The position numbers were made by a program, and so were the translations under genes. From positions 466,915 to 530,914 of the forward strand of contig JACOXU010000001.1 in assembly GCA_016182185.1 (NCBI GenBank): DNA of 64,000 bases. The letters are read 5' to 3'. The notes beneath the pieces were generated by a model. That model worked only from the letters and a program-made list of their open reading frames with translations. It was not told the DNA's origin and made no database searches. Positions 16,783-24,999 of the stretch are shown piece after piece; within the stretch, counting starts at the first letter, position 1; every line of letters begins with the position of its first letter. Origin of the DNA: Candidatus Levyibacteriota bacterium. Its GTDB lineage: Bacteria > Patescibacteriota > Microgenomatia > Levybacterales > UBA12049.

Positions 16783-19156
16783 AAATATTATTCCCTTGAT
16801 CAACAGAAACTGTGATTTTGTCGCCGCGTTTGATTTCTTCTTTTAAAATCTTCTGTGCAATGAGATCCTCTATATTATCCTGAAGATACCGGCGAAGGGG
16901 CCGGGCTCCGAACTGCTCATCAAATCCTTCATTTATAATCTTCTCAATTATTTTGCTATCAAAAGTGATTTCTATGTCTTTTTCCTTCATTTTCTTTTTT
17001 AATTCTTCAAGCATGAGTTTTGTAATTTGAGTTATTTCTTCTTTTTCTAAAGGTTTGAAAACTACAATAGCGTCAAAACGATTCAAGAGCTCAGGCTTGA
17101 AGATTCCTTTTGTCTGCAAAAACTCAAGAAGCTTATTCTGAAAGTTCTTGTCAATTTTGCCACCTTTTTCAATTTCTTCACGAATAAATTCTGAGGCGGC
17201 GTTTGAGGTGGCGATAATAATTGTATCTACAAAAGAAACTGTTCTGCCTTTATTGTCCGTAAGTCTGCCATCATCAAGAACTTGCAAAAACAAATCAAGA
17301 ATTTTTTTATCAGCCTTTTCAAATTCATCGAGAAGAACAAGTGAAAAAGGGTTGCTATGGACATCGTCGGCAAGACTTCCTTCCTTATCGTCCTCACCAA
17401 GTGAAAAACCAAGCAGTCTTTTATTCCCGTCGGAACCTGAGTATTCGCTCATATCAGCCCTTATCATTTTCCCCTCTCCCCCGAAATAAATCCTGGCAAG
17501 TGTCTTGGCTGTTTCGGTTTTCCCAACTCCGGTGGGGCCTAAGAAAAGAAATGAAATCGGTTTTTCTTTGACTTCAATCTCAGTCCTTATCCGCCTCATT
17601 GCTTCTGAAATGACACTTACTGCTTCATTCTGGCCAATAATACTTTTGTGCATTTCCTTCTCGAGGTTAAGAAGAAGTTCCTTTTCCTTACTGCTTGGTT
17701 TACCAACGGCAATTTTTGTTTTGTTTTCAACTTCATTGAGTATATCTTGCTCATTTACCGAATTTTTTCCAGAAAGCTTTACGGAAATTGAGGAATCATC
17801 AAGAAGAGTTACCGCAGAACCTGGCAAGACAAAATCAGGCATATATTTCTTGGAATACTTAAGTGAGGCCATTATAGCTTTGTAAGTCAGGTTAATTTTA
17901 TTTTTCTCTTCAATTCTTTGTGTATTGCTAAATAACATATTCAAGGCCAAATCCTGATTCGGCTCTGAAATTTTTACCGCATCAAAAACCTCCAAAAGGT
18001 CCTTCCTTTGTTCGATAAATTTCTTATATGCCCCTGGAGACACAGTAGCAACGATTCGAATTAATCCTCTTTCAAGATAAGGAACCAAGGCACCTGAAAG
18101 ATCAAGATGAAAAGATGATGCGCCCAAAATGTTCTCAAAATACGGTACAAAAATAATTATATTTCCGCTATGCGCAAGTTCTGCGATCAGATTGTTAAGT
18201 CTTTCTTCAAGTTCTCCTTGATCTTTGGATCCTGCCAGAAGCGCATCAACCATAAACTGAAAAAATCTCTGATGATACATGCTCCCGGAAAGTGTACCTG
18301 AGATACTGTCAAAGGCTATTGTTCTGACAAGTTCTCCTCTTCCGCTTCCTGCCTCTCCCACCAGAATCACGCTTTTTCGGTTATACAATGCTTCGATAAT
18401 CTCTTTATATTCAATCTCTCTATCATAAAGGACAGGTTTCTTCATATATATTTCGTATGTCAGATCAAGCATGTACTTTTTGGACTCAATTGTCCAGCCA
18501 ATTGCCCAATCTTCACCGATGCCCTCGCCTTCAAAATTAATCCTGTAAGGTTTTGGGCGCTCTTCATCCGGGAATCTGTTACGGGCCCAGCTTAATATGT
18601 GAAGGAGTTCTTCTTTCTTAAGATTTTTGTTGAATAATAATTTTTCATCATCTTCTATAAGTAGCAAATAGGCAACAAGAATATCCATTACGGTTACGAA
18701 TTCCCCTTTAACGTTTTTTGCGATTTCAAATGCAAAAGATGTAACTTTTTCTTTGGGTAAAAAAAGCAAAGGCACTTCTCCCTTCTTGATACCGGATTTT
18801 TCAAGAATAAAAAGAATACTTTCATTTGCAAAAAGTGCTTCTATGACTTTTGAGATTTTGTCACTTTTCAAAAAACTGCCTAGGCTTGTAAGCGTAAAAG
18901 ATCTAAAGATATCACTGCCATCATTTTCAGATATTAAAACCTTGGGTGTAATTCTTGAAATTTTAAAACGGAAAAATATTTCAAGCATAAGAAAAAGAGA
19001 AAGGAAGAAAATTGATAAACGAGAAGAGTAAGAAGGAAAAAAGCTGGTAGTAATATTTTCATAAAGAAGATAAATTAGAAAAATTAAGACAATCAATCTT
19101 AATATTCTTATTAGTAAAGAGGAATAAAAATTATATAGTCTTGCGTAATTTTCCAT
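16760..19156 (-). CDS. Membrane-anchored ClpC/ClpA-like AAA+ protein with a degenerate first ATPase domain.
   Basis: 798 aa. The N-terminal ~70 aa form two hydrophobic helices. The D1 Walker A is GEAGSGRGELV (canonical GEPGVGKTA) and the Walker B region reads IIIFVPYFEN with no DE. D2 is intact: LGPTGVGKTETAKTLA, LVLLDEFEKA, ATSN and GARPLRR. Confidence 0.65.
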   Translation of the reverse strand: MENYARLYNFYSSLLIRILRLIVLIFLIYLLYENITTSFFPSYSSRLSIFFLSLFLMLEIFFRFKISRITPKVLISENDGSDIFRSFTLTSLGSFLKSDKISKVIEALFANESILFILEKSGIKKGEVPLLFLPKEKVTSFAFEIAKNVKGEFVTVMDILVAYLLLIEDDEKLLFNKNLKKEELLHILSWARNRFPDEERPKPYRINFEGEGIGEDWAIGWTIESKKYMLDLTYEIYMKKPVLYDREIEYKEIIEALYNRKSVILVGEAGSGRGELVRTIAFDSISGTLSGSMYHQRFFQFMVDALLAGSKDQGELEERLNNLIAELAHSGNIIIFVPYFENILGASSFHLDLSGALVPYLERGLIRIVATVSPGAYKKFIEQRKDLLEVFDAVKISEPNQDLALNMLFSNTQRIEEKNKINLTYKAIMASLKYSKKYMPDFVLPGSAVTLLDDSSISVKLSGKNSVNEQDILNEVENKTKIAVGKPSSKEKELLLNLEKEMHKSIIGQNEAVSVISEAMRRIRTEIEVKEKPISFLFLGPTGVGKTETAKTLARIYFGGEGKMIRADMSEYSGSDGNKRLLGFSLGEDDKEGSLADDVHSNPFSLVLLDEFEKADKKILDLFLQVLDDGRLTDNKGRTVSFVDTIIIATSNAASEFIREEIEKGGKIDKNFQNKLLEFLQTKGIFKPELLNRFDAIVVFKPLEKEEITQITKLMLEELKKKMKEKDIEITFDSKIIEKIINEGFDEQFGARPLRRYLQDNIEDLIAQKILKEEIKRGDKITVSVDQGNNISMRSQDS

Positions 19157-19159
19157 ACC

Positions 19160-19486
19160 TTAAATAAACAAAAATAAAATTATACCTATTGGCCAGAAAA
19201 TAAATGCCAAAAGAAATATAATTTCCAATGAAATAAGAGCGAGAAACAAGAGTATATCTGCAGTTATGACAAAGGTTTTTATAAACATGCCCATGGCAAT
19301 TGAAAATCCGACCAATCCTTTTCTGTATTCGTTTTTCCACGGCCTGAAATAAGTTCTAATAAGAATTGGGAGAGAAACCATTTTAAGAAATGAGTTATTT
19401 AATGAGGCAAAAAAGGCAAAAATTCCTTGAGGTGCTTCAATAAACCAGAATTTTATAAAAGTTAAAGGAAGGAATAGATAAAACAT
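19160..19486 (-). CDS. Small polytopic membrane protein.
   Basis: 108 aa with 3-4 hydrophobic helices, ending 3 nt upstream of the ClpC-like start and likely co-transcribed. Confidence 0.4.
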   Translation of the reverse strand: MFYLFLPLTFIKFWFIEAPQGIFAFFASLNNSFLKMVSLPILIRTYFRPWKNEYRKGLVGFSIAMGMFIKTFVITADILLFLALISLEIIFLLAFIFWPIGIILFLFI

Positions 19487-19555
19487 GGGCAGATTCTTTC
19501 TTCTAGTTTAAAAGGTTTCAACCTAAAATGCAATTTATCCCGATTTAATCAGAAT

Positions 19556-21838
19556 TTATTTTGGCGTACAAATAAGAGGACAGAACTGTAGATTTTTCTG
19601 ACCAGAAGAACATTTGGGATCAATAACGCAATTGAAGGTAACTATTGGAGTTGGCGTGGGAGTCGGGCTCAATCCTCCTACTGGTCCTCCTGTTGGAATT
19701 GGTGTATTTGTCGGAATGGGAGTCGGTGTGGGCGTTGGAATAACAGGCTGTGTCACAATTACCGGAGGCGTCGTGGAAGGAATAGGAGGAAGCGGTAAAA
19801 TTACCGGCACATCAAAATTGGTAATTGTTATTGTTATTGGATTTATAGTAAATCCGGTTATATTAGTTATCCTAATTATGTATGTTCCGGGTAAAAGATT
19901 GGGGAAAACGAGAGTACCTGAGGAATTCGTTACCCCGCTTGAATTAATAAGGCCGGTAAGAGTTACTGTTGCTCCCTGATATGGAATATCTCCATTGTCA
20001 AAAACATTTCCGCTGTTATTCACATCTGTCCAGACCTGAACAGAAATATTAAACCTGATTGGCGCTTTGGTTACCGTCGGTGTGGGAGATATGGGCGTTG
20101 GGGAAATCCCAGGAGGAAGTGTAACCGTGGGCGTTATGGAGCCTGTGGGAATCGGTGATCCACCTGCGCAAATTGGAGTCTGGCGAGGAATATTTTGACA
20201 ATACGCGCCAGTTTGCGTGCTGTCGGGTTGTTGATCCATTTCTGTTGCCTGAAGCGCACTCTTGACAGTCTCACAATCTGAAGAACCCGAAGAATACAAA
20301 TCATTACATGCCTGAAGCATACTGTTATACATTGACTTGAAATTTGAGGTTGAAGTAAGATATCTTGTCAATGCCTGATAAACTACCGCAGAGCTCTTGT
20401 CTCTACCAACTCCAACAACGGAACACCCGTTAAAATTGTCGCCATCAGTCATGAGATAAAAAGCCTTATTCATGATCCCGCTATTTCTGTGCACTCCGCA
20501 CCAGTCATTTGCTTTAGCACAGCCAGACGATAAGCCACTACATGAATATAGAGAAGAAAAAAGTCTATCGGGCTGATTTTTAAGAGGTGGATTATTCATA
20601 TATCTGATTATTCCAATTGCACTTCCTTCTCCCATTGTCCAGTTATTATCAAGATCACTACCAAAAATATCAGATATGCTTTCATTAAGAGCTCCTGATT
20701 GAGCGTTATACTGCAATCCTGCTGTATATTGAGTTACGGCATGAGTAAGTTCATGCGCTGTAATATCTTTTATTACCATATTTGTACAAAATCTCATTTC
20801 ACTGCTTTGTCCAACCCACGAGGCATTTGGGCAGCTCATTGGATAATGCATCTTTCCTTTCAAAACTGCACCTTGATTGTTGTAGCTGTCTCTTCCAAAA
20901 CTATTAAAATAAAAGTTGTAGGTATCTCCAAGAAAATCATAAGCATTATCAACATCACTATCTCCAGTTGGTGGACTCCCTTCCGGTCTTACTAAAATAC
21001 AGCTGCCTCCTGAACAATCGTAGGCTTGTCTATTCAAGACATCCATAATGTTTGATAATTTATATAATATTTCACCTTTTTCGAGATCAATGAAATACAT
21101 CATAGAAAAAGTTGGTTGATTATCGCTAGAATCAATCTGCATTCCCAAAGCTAAATGATTTGTTTCATCATCCGAGATCCCAAGCACCTTTTTATTTAAA
21201 ATATACCTCTGACCTTTAATAATCTTAAATTGAGTAGCACCCGGCACTTCTTTTTGCACATCATTTAAGGCAATCTGTCTTGCCTGATCTTCTGTTATTT
21301 TTTGTACGGTAGTGGTTTTTGTATTAACTAAATTACCGGATACTGAATAAATTTCATTCTTGTTTCTTAAATGAACAGCAAGTTGTGCTCCGTAAATTGG
21401 TATTTCATTTATTTTCTGTTCGAAAAAATAATGCTCATTTGAGATATTTATATTTTTATTTTTTAAAAATGGATCTTCGCTGTCTTTCTCGCTTCTTGTT
21501 AAATCAGAATTTTTATTAAAATCTTCAGGAAGTAATTTTATCTTGTTAAAAGGGGCATTCTTATCAATAAAATCCCTAACCGCATTTATGCCTTCTTTTG
21601 AACTTTTATAGAGATAGCCGCTATCTTTCTGAAGAACAAAGTAGTTTGTTTGATCATCCGGTGCTACTTTGGAATAGTCTGATAAATTTTTAATATTTAA
21701 AGATGGATTTAAGATGCTCGAAAGAAAGAGAATTAGAACAGGAATAAGAACTGCCAGTGAAGAAATTAAAACGGGAATTATTACTTTTTTTTGACTGAAT
21801 AATTCTTTTATTTTCAGAAAATAATTTTGGAAAAACAT
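19556..21838 (-). CDS. Secreted thermolysin-family (M4) zinc metalloprotease with a Pro/Thr-rich linker and a C-terminal Ig/PKD-like domain.
   Basis: 760 aa with an N-terminal TM/signal helix, HELTHAVT (HExxH) followed by GALNESISDIFG (M4 NExxSD glutamate zinc ligand), and C-terminal PTPTPTP repeats. Confidence 0.7.
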   Translation of the reverse strand: MFFQNYFLKIKELFSQKKVIIPVLISSLAVLIPVLILFLSSILNPSLNIKNLSDYSKVAPDDQTNYFVLQKDSGYLYKSSKEGINAVRDFIDKNAPFNKIKLLPEDFNKNSDLTRSEKDSEDPFLKNKNINISNEHYFFEQKINEIPIYGAQLAVHLRNKNEIYSVSGNLVNTKTTTVQKITEDQARQIALNDVQKEVPGATQFKIIKGQRYILNKKVLGISDDETNHLALGMQIDSSDNQPTFSMMYFIDLEKGEILYKLSNIMDVLNRQAYDCSGGSCILVRPEGSPPTGDSDVDNAYDFLGDTYNFYFNSFGRDSYNNQGAVLKGKMHYPMSCPNASWVGQSSEMRFCTNMVIKDITAHELTHAVTQYTAGLQYNAQSGALNESISDIFGSDLDNNWTMGEGSAIGIIRYMNNPPLKNQPDRLFSSLYSCSGLSSGCAKANDWCGVHRNSGIMNKAFYLMTDGDNFNGCSVVGVGRDKSSAVVYQALTRYLTSTSNFKSMYNSMLQACNDLYSSGSSDCETVKSALQATEMDQQPDSTQTGAYCQNIPRQTPICAGGSPIPTGSITPTVTLPPGISPTPISPTPTVTKAPIRFNISVQVWTDVNNSGNVFDNGDIPYQGATVTLTGLINSSGVTNSSGTLVFPNLLPGTYIIRITNITGFTINPITITITNFDVPVILPLPPIPSTTPPVIVTQPVIPTPTPTPIPTNTPIPTGGPVGGLSPTPTPTPIVTFNCVIDPKCSSGQKNLQFCPLICTPK

Positions 21839-22360
21839 TTATTTCTTAATTATTTTAAGCTTCAGCATATCTTTGGCCGGATTGTCAATAATCTCGATTT
21901 CATAACCATAAGCTTCCTGTTTGGTAATACACTTCCCGGTAATTCCGCCACACGAATAATCCAATATTTTTTTCTCCCCATTCATCGCTATCTCAAGAAC
22001 ATTTGATGTTACGCAATCATAACAGTTCTCTCCCGGGATATCGGCACTTGCATAAGTTATTGAAATTTGAGTGTCCGGAATTGTAATTGTCTCCTTTAAT
22101 TTTAAAATAAGAATCAACTCATTTGTCCCTTGAGTTGGAATTGGCACAGCTGTTGGGGTAACATTAGGAATCGGCTTGGGAGGAGTTTGTTTAGTTTGAC
22201 TCAAAAACCAAAAAGAAAGTGAACCAAAAATTATTAATACAAACAAGAAAAGCAACAGGGCAATTTTTTTTGAATTTAGGAAAGGAGATTTGGGATTTGT
22301 TAAACTAGGATCGGGACTTGCAATTGGAATATTTTGAGGATTTATGTTTTCATCACTCAT
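21839..22360 (-). CDS. Hypothetical membrane-anchored or secreted protein.
   Basis: 173 aa with an N-terminal TM helix (IALLLFLFVLIIFGSLSFWFL) and a Pro-rich linker, directly upstream of and abutting the M4 protease gene. Confidence 0.35.
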   Translation of the reverse strand: MSDENINPQNIPIASPDPSLTNPKSPFLNSKKIALLLFLFVLIIFGSLSFWFLSQTKQTPPKPIPNVTPTAVPIPTQGTNELILILKLKETITIPDTQISITYASADIPGENCYDCVTSNVLEIAMNGEKKILDYSCGGITGKCITKQEAYGYEIEIIDNPAKDMLKLKIIKK

Positions 22361-22366
22361 ATATTT

Positions 22367-24970
22367 TCAATTTTGCGGCTGCATCTGTGTACCACCAACA
22401 CCTTGGACTGACGGCTGGCTTGGTTGCGCTGGCTGTTGAGGATTGATACCGTTTGCCGGAGGAACTTGTCCAGATCCATTTTGAACAACTCCCGGCTGGT
22501 TTGATTGCTCAATATTTTGCGGATTAGCTTGTGAGGTCTGTGCTGTTGATGCGGTTTTTGTAAAAATAAATTCTTGCTTTGTCTGATCAAAATTAATCAG
22601 AATCTTATCTCCTGAGACAAAAGTTTTGTTGATAATAAGAATTGCAATTGGATTTTCTATTGCGCTTTGAATAAGACGTCGCAACGGCCTTGCTCCGTAA
22701 ATCGGATCATATCCTTCTCTGGCAAGCTGATTAAGTGCTTCTTGTGTAACAGATATGTCAATCCCTTGTTGATTCAATAATTTTTGGGTTGCCTTTATGC
22801 CAAGGAGAGCCACTTCGTTCATATTCTTCTGAGATAAAGGTTCAAAGATTACCACGCCATCGAATCTGTTTAAGAGTTCCGGCTTGAAAAACTTTCTAAG
22901 CTCAACAAGCAAAATTTTAGACAATTCTTCAAATTTTTTAGCAACGTCTGATTGAATTTCTGGTTGTCCAAGTTTGGTTTGAGCTGACTGTTCTTTCTTG
23001 GTTGATTCAAGTTGCTGCTGAATAAGGGAGCTTCCAATATTGGATGTTGCAATAATAATAGTATTTTTAAAAGAGATCGTGTTGCCTTTATTGTCTGTAA
23101 GCCTTCCGTCTTCAAGAAGCTGGAGTAAAATATTGAAAACATCAGGGTGTGCTTTTTCTATTTCATCAAGAAGGACAATTGAGTAGGGTTTGGTTCTAAC
23201 TGCTTCGGTCAGTTGTCCGCCCTCTTCATACCCTACATATCCAGGAGGCGCTCCGATCAATTTAGAAACCTCGTGTTTCTCCATATATTCACTCATATCA
23301 AGTCTTACCATAGCTTCTTCTTTACCAAACAGTATCTCACCCAACGTTTTCGCAAGTTCGGTTTTACCAACTCCAGTTGGACCTAAAAAAATAAATGAGG
23401 CAATTGGCCTATTTGCGCTTGAAAGTCCTATTCTTCCGCGCCGTACAGCTTCTGCAACAGCTTTGACTGCCGTTTCCTGATTTATCAATCTTTTGTGGAT
23501 CGTGTCTTCAAGATGTAAAAGCTTCTCGCTTTCATTTTCTGTAAGTTTGGTGATAGGAATTCCCGTCCAGTTGCTTACTACTTTCTCGATGTCACTTCTT
23601 GAAACTGCATTGTCAGACCTTTTTCCTTCATTCTGACCAAGTCTGACTTCTGCAGCTGCTTCATCCAGAAGATCTACGGCCTTATCAGGAAGATATCTTT
23701 CTCCGATATAGCGTTTTGAAAGATATACAGCTGCCTTGAGTGAATCCGGAGGAAAAGTAACTTTGTGGAATGCTTCGTACTTAGGCTTTAACACATTTAA
23801 CATCTCTACCGCTGTATCCTCATCAGGCTCTGTAACAATTACCGGTTGAAATCTTCTCTCAAATGCTTTGTCTTTCTCGAAATGTTTTCTGTACTCAGAA
23901 GTTGTTGTAGTTCCGATTATTTGAAGCTGGCCACGAGCCAAGAACGGCTTAACTATATTTGAAGCATCCAAGGCACCCTCTGTATCTCCTGCGCCTATTA
24001 ATGTATGAATTTCATCGATGAATAAAATGACCATCCCGGCTGCAGATTGTGTTTCTTTGATAAGACTTCTTAATCTTTCTTCAAATTCTCCTCTATGAGA
24101 AGCTCCTGCCACAAGGGAGGATAAATCAATTTGAATAATCTTTTTCTGCAACAGATCTTTTGGAGCGGAGCCGTCTACTATTTTTTTTGCTAAGCCTTCA
24201 ACAATCGCAGTCTTTCCGACTCCTGCTTCTCCGATTATAATTGGATTATTTTTCGTTCTTCTAAGAAGAATGTGGATCACTCTTTCGATTTCTTTGTCTC
24301 TTCCTGCGATCGGATCTAGTTGTCCGTTTTTCGCCTGTTCGGTAAGATCTATGCCATAACTTTCAAGAGCGGATTTTTTACCGGAAACGTAGGTCGAATT
24401 CTTTGACAGTTTGTTTTCAAGATCTTCTTTTTTAATTCCTTGGGTACTTAAATAATTAGCAGTCGCAATATTTTGCGAAAAAAGTGCAAGAAGAATATCC
24501 TCAGGACTTATAAATTCTACCCCTCTTTTTTTGACCATTGAATACGCATCTTCAAAAATTTTTTTCGAGGGCTCAGAAAGTGTGGGCTCGTCTGTAAATT
24601 GACCCGTCATTTCTTTCCCTTCGATTTCTTTAATGATTTTTGTTGGATCCGAAGAAAATTGAGAAATAAGTCTAAATATTTCTCCGTCAAATAAAAGTCC
24701 GTACAGAATTTGTTCGGGTTCAATAAGAGCCTGTTGAATCCTTTTAGTTTCTTTTTGAGCAAGTTGTAAAACCTGAGTTGCTCTTGTATCCAAATGCGAC
24801 ATGACCGAAAGATCCTGTCTGAGTATCGGATCCATAGCAGAACCAACTATATTCTGACTCTGAGATTGGACCGGAGCTGATCCAGAAGACATTAAAGGCG
24901 CTTGAGATTGAGGAGCTTTTGACTCATCAACTACTGAAAATTTTGATGATCCAAACAAATTTCCAAACAT
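22367..24970 (-). CDS. clpC: ATP-dependent Clp ATPase, ClpC-type (two AAA+ domains, short middle domain), with Gln/Pro-rich low-complexity termini.
   Basis: 867 aa with a Clp_N repeat, D1 IIIGEAGVGKTAIVEGLA with Walker B ILFIDEIHTLIGAG, D2 FLGPTGVGKTELAKTL with IVLLDEIEKAH, and LIGAPPGYVGYEEGGQLTE. Confidence 0.85.
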   Translation of the reverse strand: MFGNLFGSSKFSVVDESKAPQSQAPLMSSGSAPVQSQSQNIVGSAMDPILRQDLSVMSHLDTRATQVLQLAQKETKRIQQALIEPEQILYGLLFDGEIFRLISQFSSDPTKIIKEIEGKEMTGQFTDEPTLSEPSKKIFEDAYSMVKKRGVEFISPEDILLALFSQNIATANYLSTQGIKKEDLENKLSKNSTYVSGKKSALESYGIDLTEQAKNGQLDPIAGRDKEIERVIHILLRRTKNNPIIIGEAGVGKTAIVEGLAKKIVDGSAPKDLLQKKIIQIDLSSLVAGASHRGEFEERLRSLIKETQSAAGMVILFIDEIHTLIGAGDTEGALDASNIVKPFLARGQLQIIGTTTTSEYRKHFEKDKAFERRFQPVIVTEPDEDTAVEMLNVLKPKYEAFHKVTFPPDSLKAAVYLSKRYIGERYLPDKAVDLLDEAAAEVRLGQNEGKRSDNAVSRSDIEKVVSNWTGIPITKLTENESEKLLHLEDTIHKRLINQETAVKAVAEAVRRGRIGLSSANRPIASFIFLGPTGVGKTELAKTLGEILFGKEEAMVRLDMSEYMEKHEVSKLIGAPPGYVGYEEGGQLTEAVRTKPYSIVLLDEIEKAHPDVFNILLQLLEDGRLTDNKGNTISFKNTIIIATSNIGSSLIQQQLESTKKEQSAQTKLGQPEIQSDVAKKFEELSKILLVELRKFFKPELLNRFDGVVIFEPLSQKNMNEVALLGIKATQKLLNQQGIDISVTQEALNQLAREGYDPIYGARPLRRLIQSAIENPIAILIINKTFVSGDKILINFDQTKQEFIFTKTASTAQTSQANPQNIEQSNQPGVVQNGSGQVPPANGINPQQPAQPSQPSVQGVGGTQMQPQN

Positions 24971-24999
24971 ATATCTAATATTTATCTTAGCATTTCTTT

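Noticed and set aside
19131-19340. 69-aa minus-strand ORF overlapping the ClpC-like start and the 108-aa membrane protein
   Set aside because: It sits in an alternative frame of the better-supported 19160-19486 membrane ORF and has no independent support.
22357-22590. 77-aa minus-strand ORF overlapping the 3' end of clpC
   Set aside because: It is in a different frame from clpC, has no homology, and its compositional bias reflects the Gln/Pro-rich ClpC tail on the real frame.
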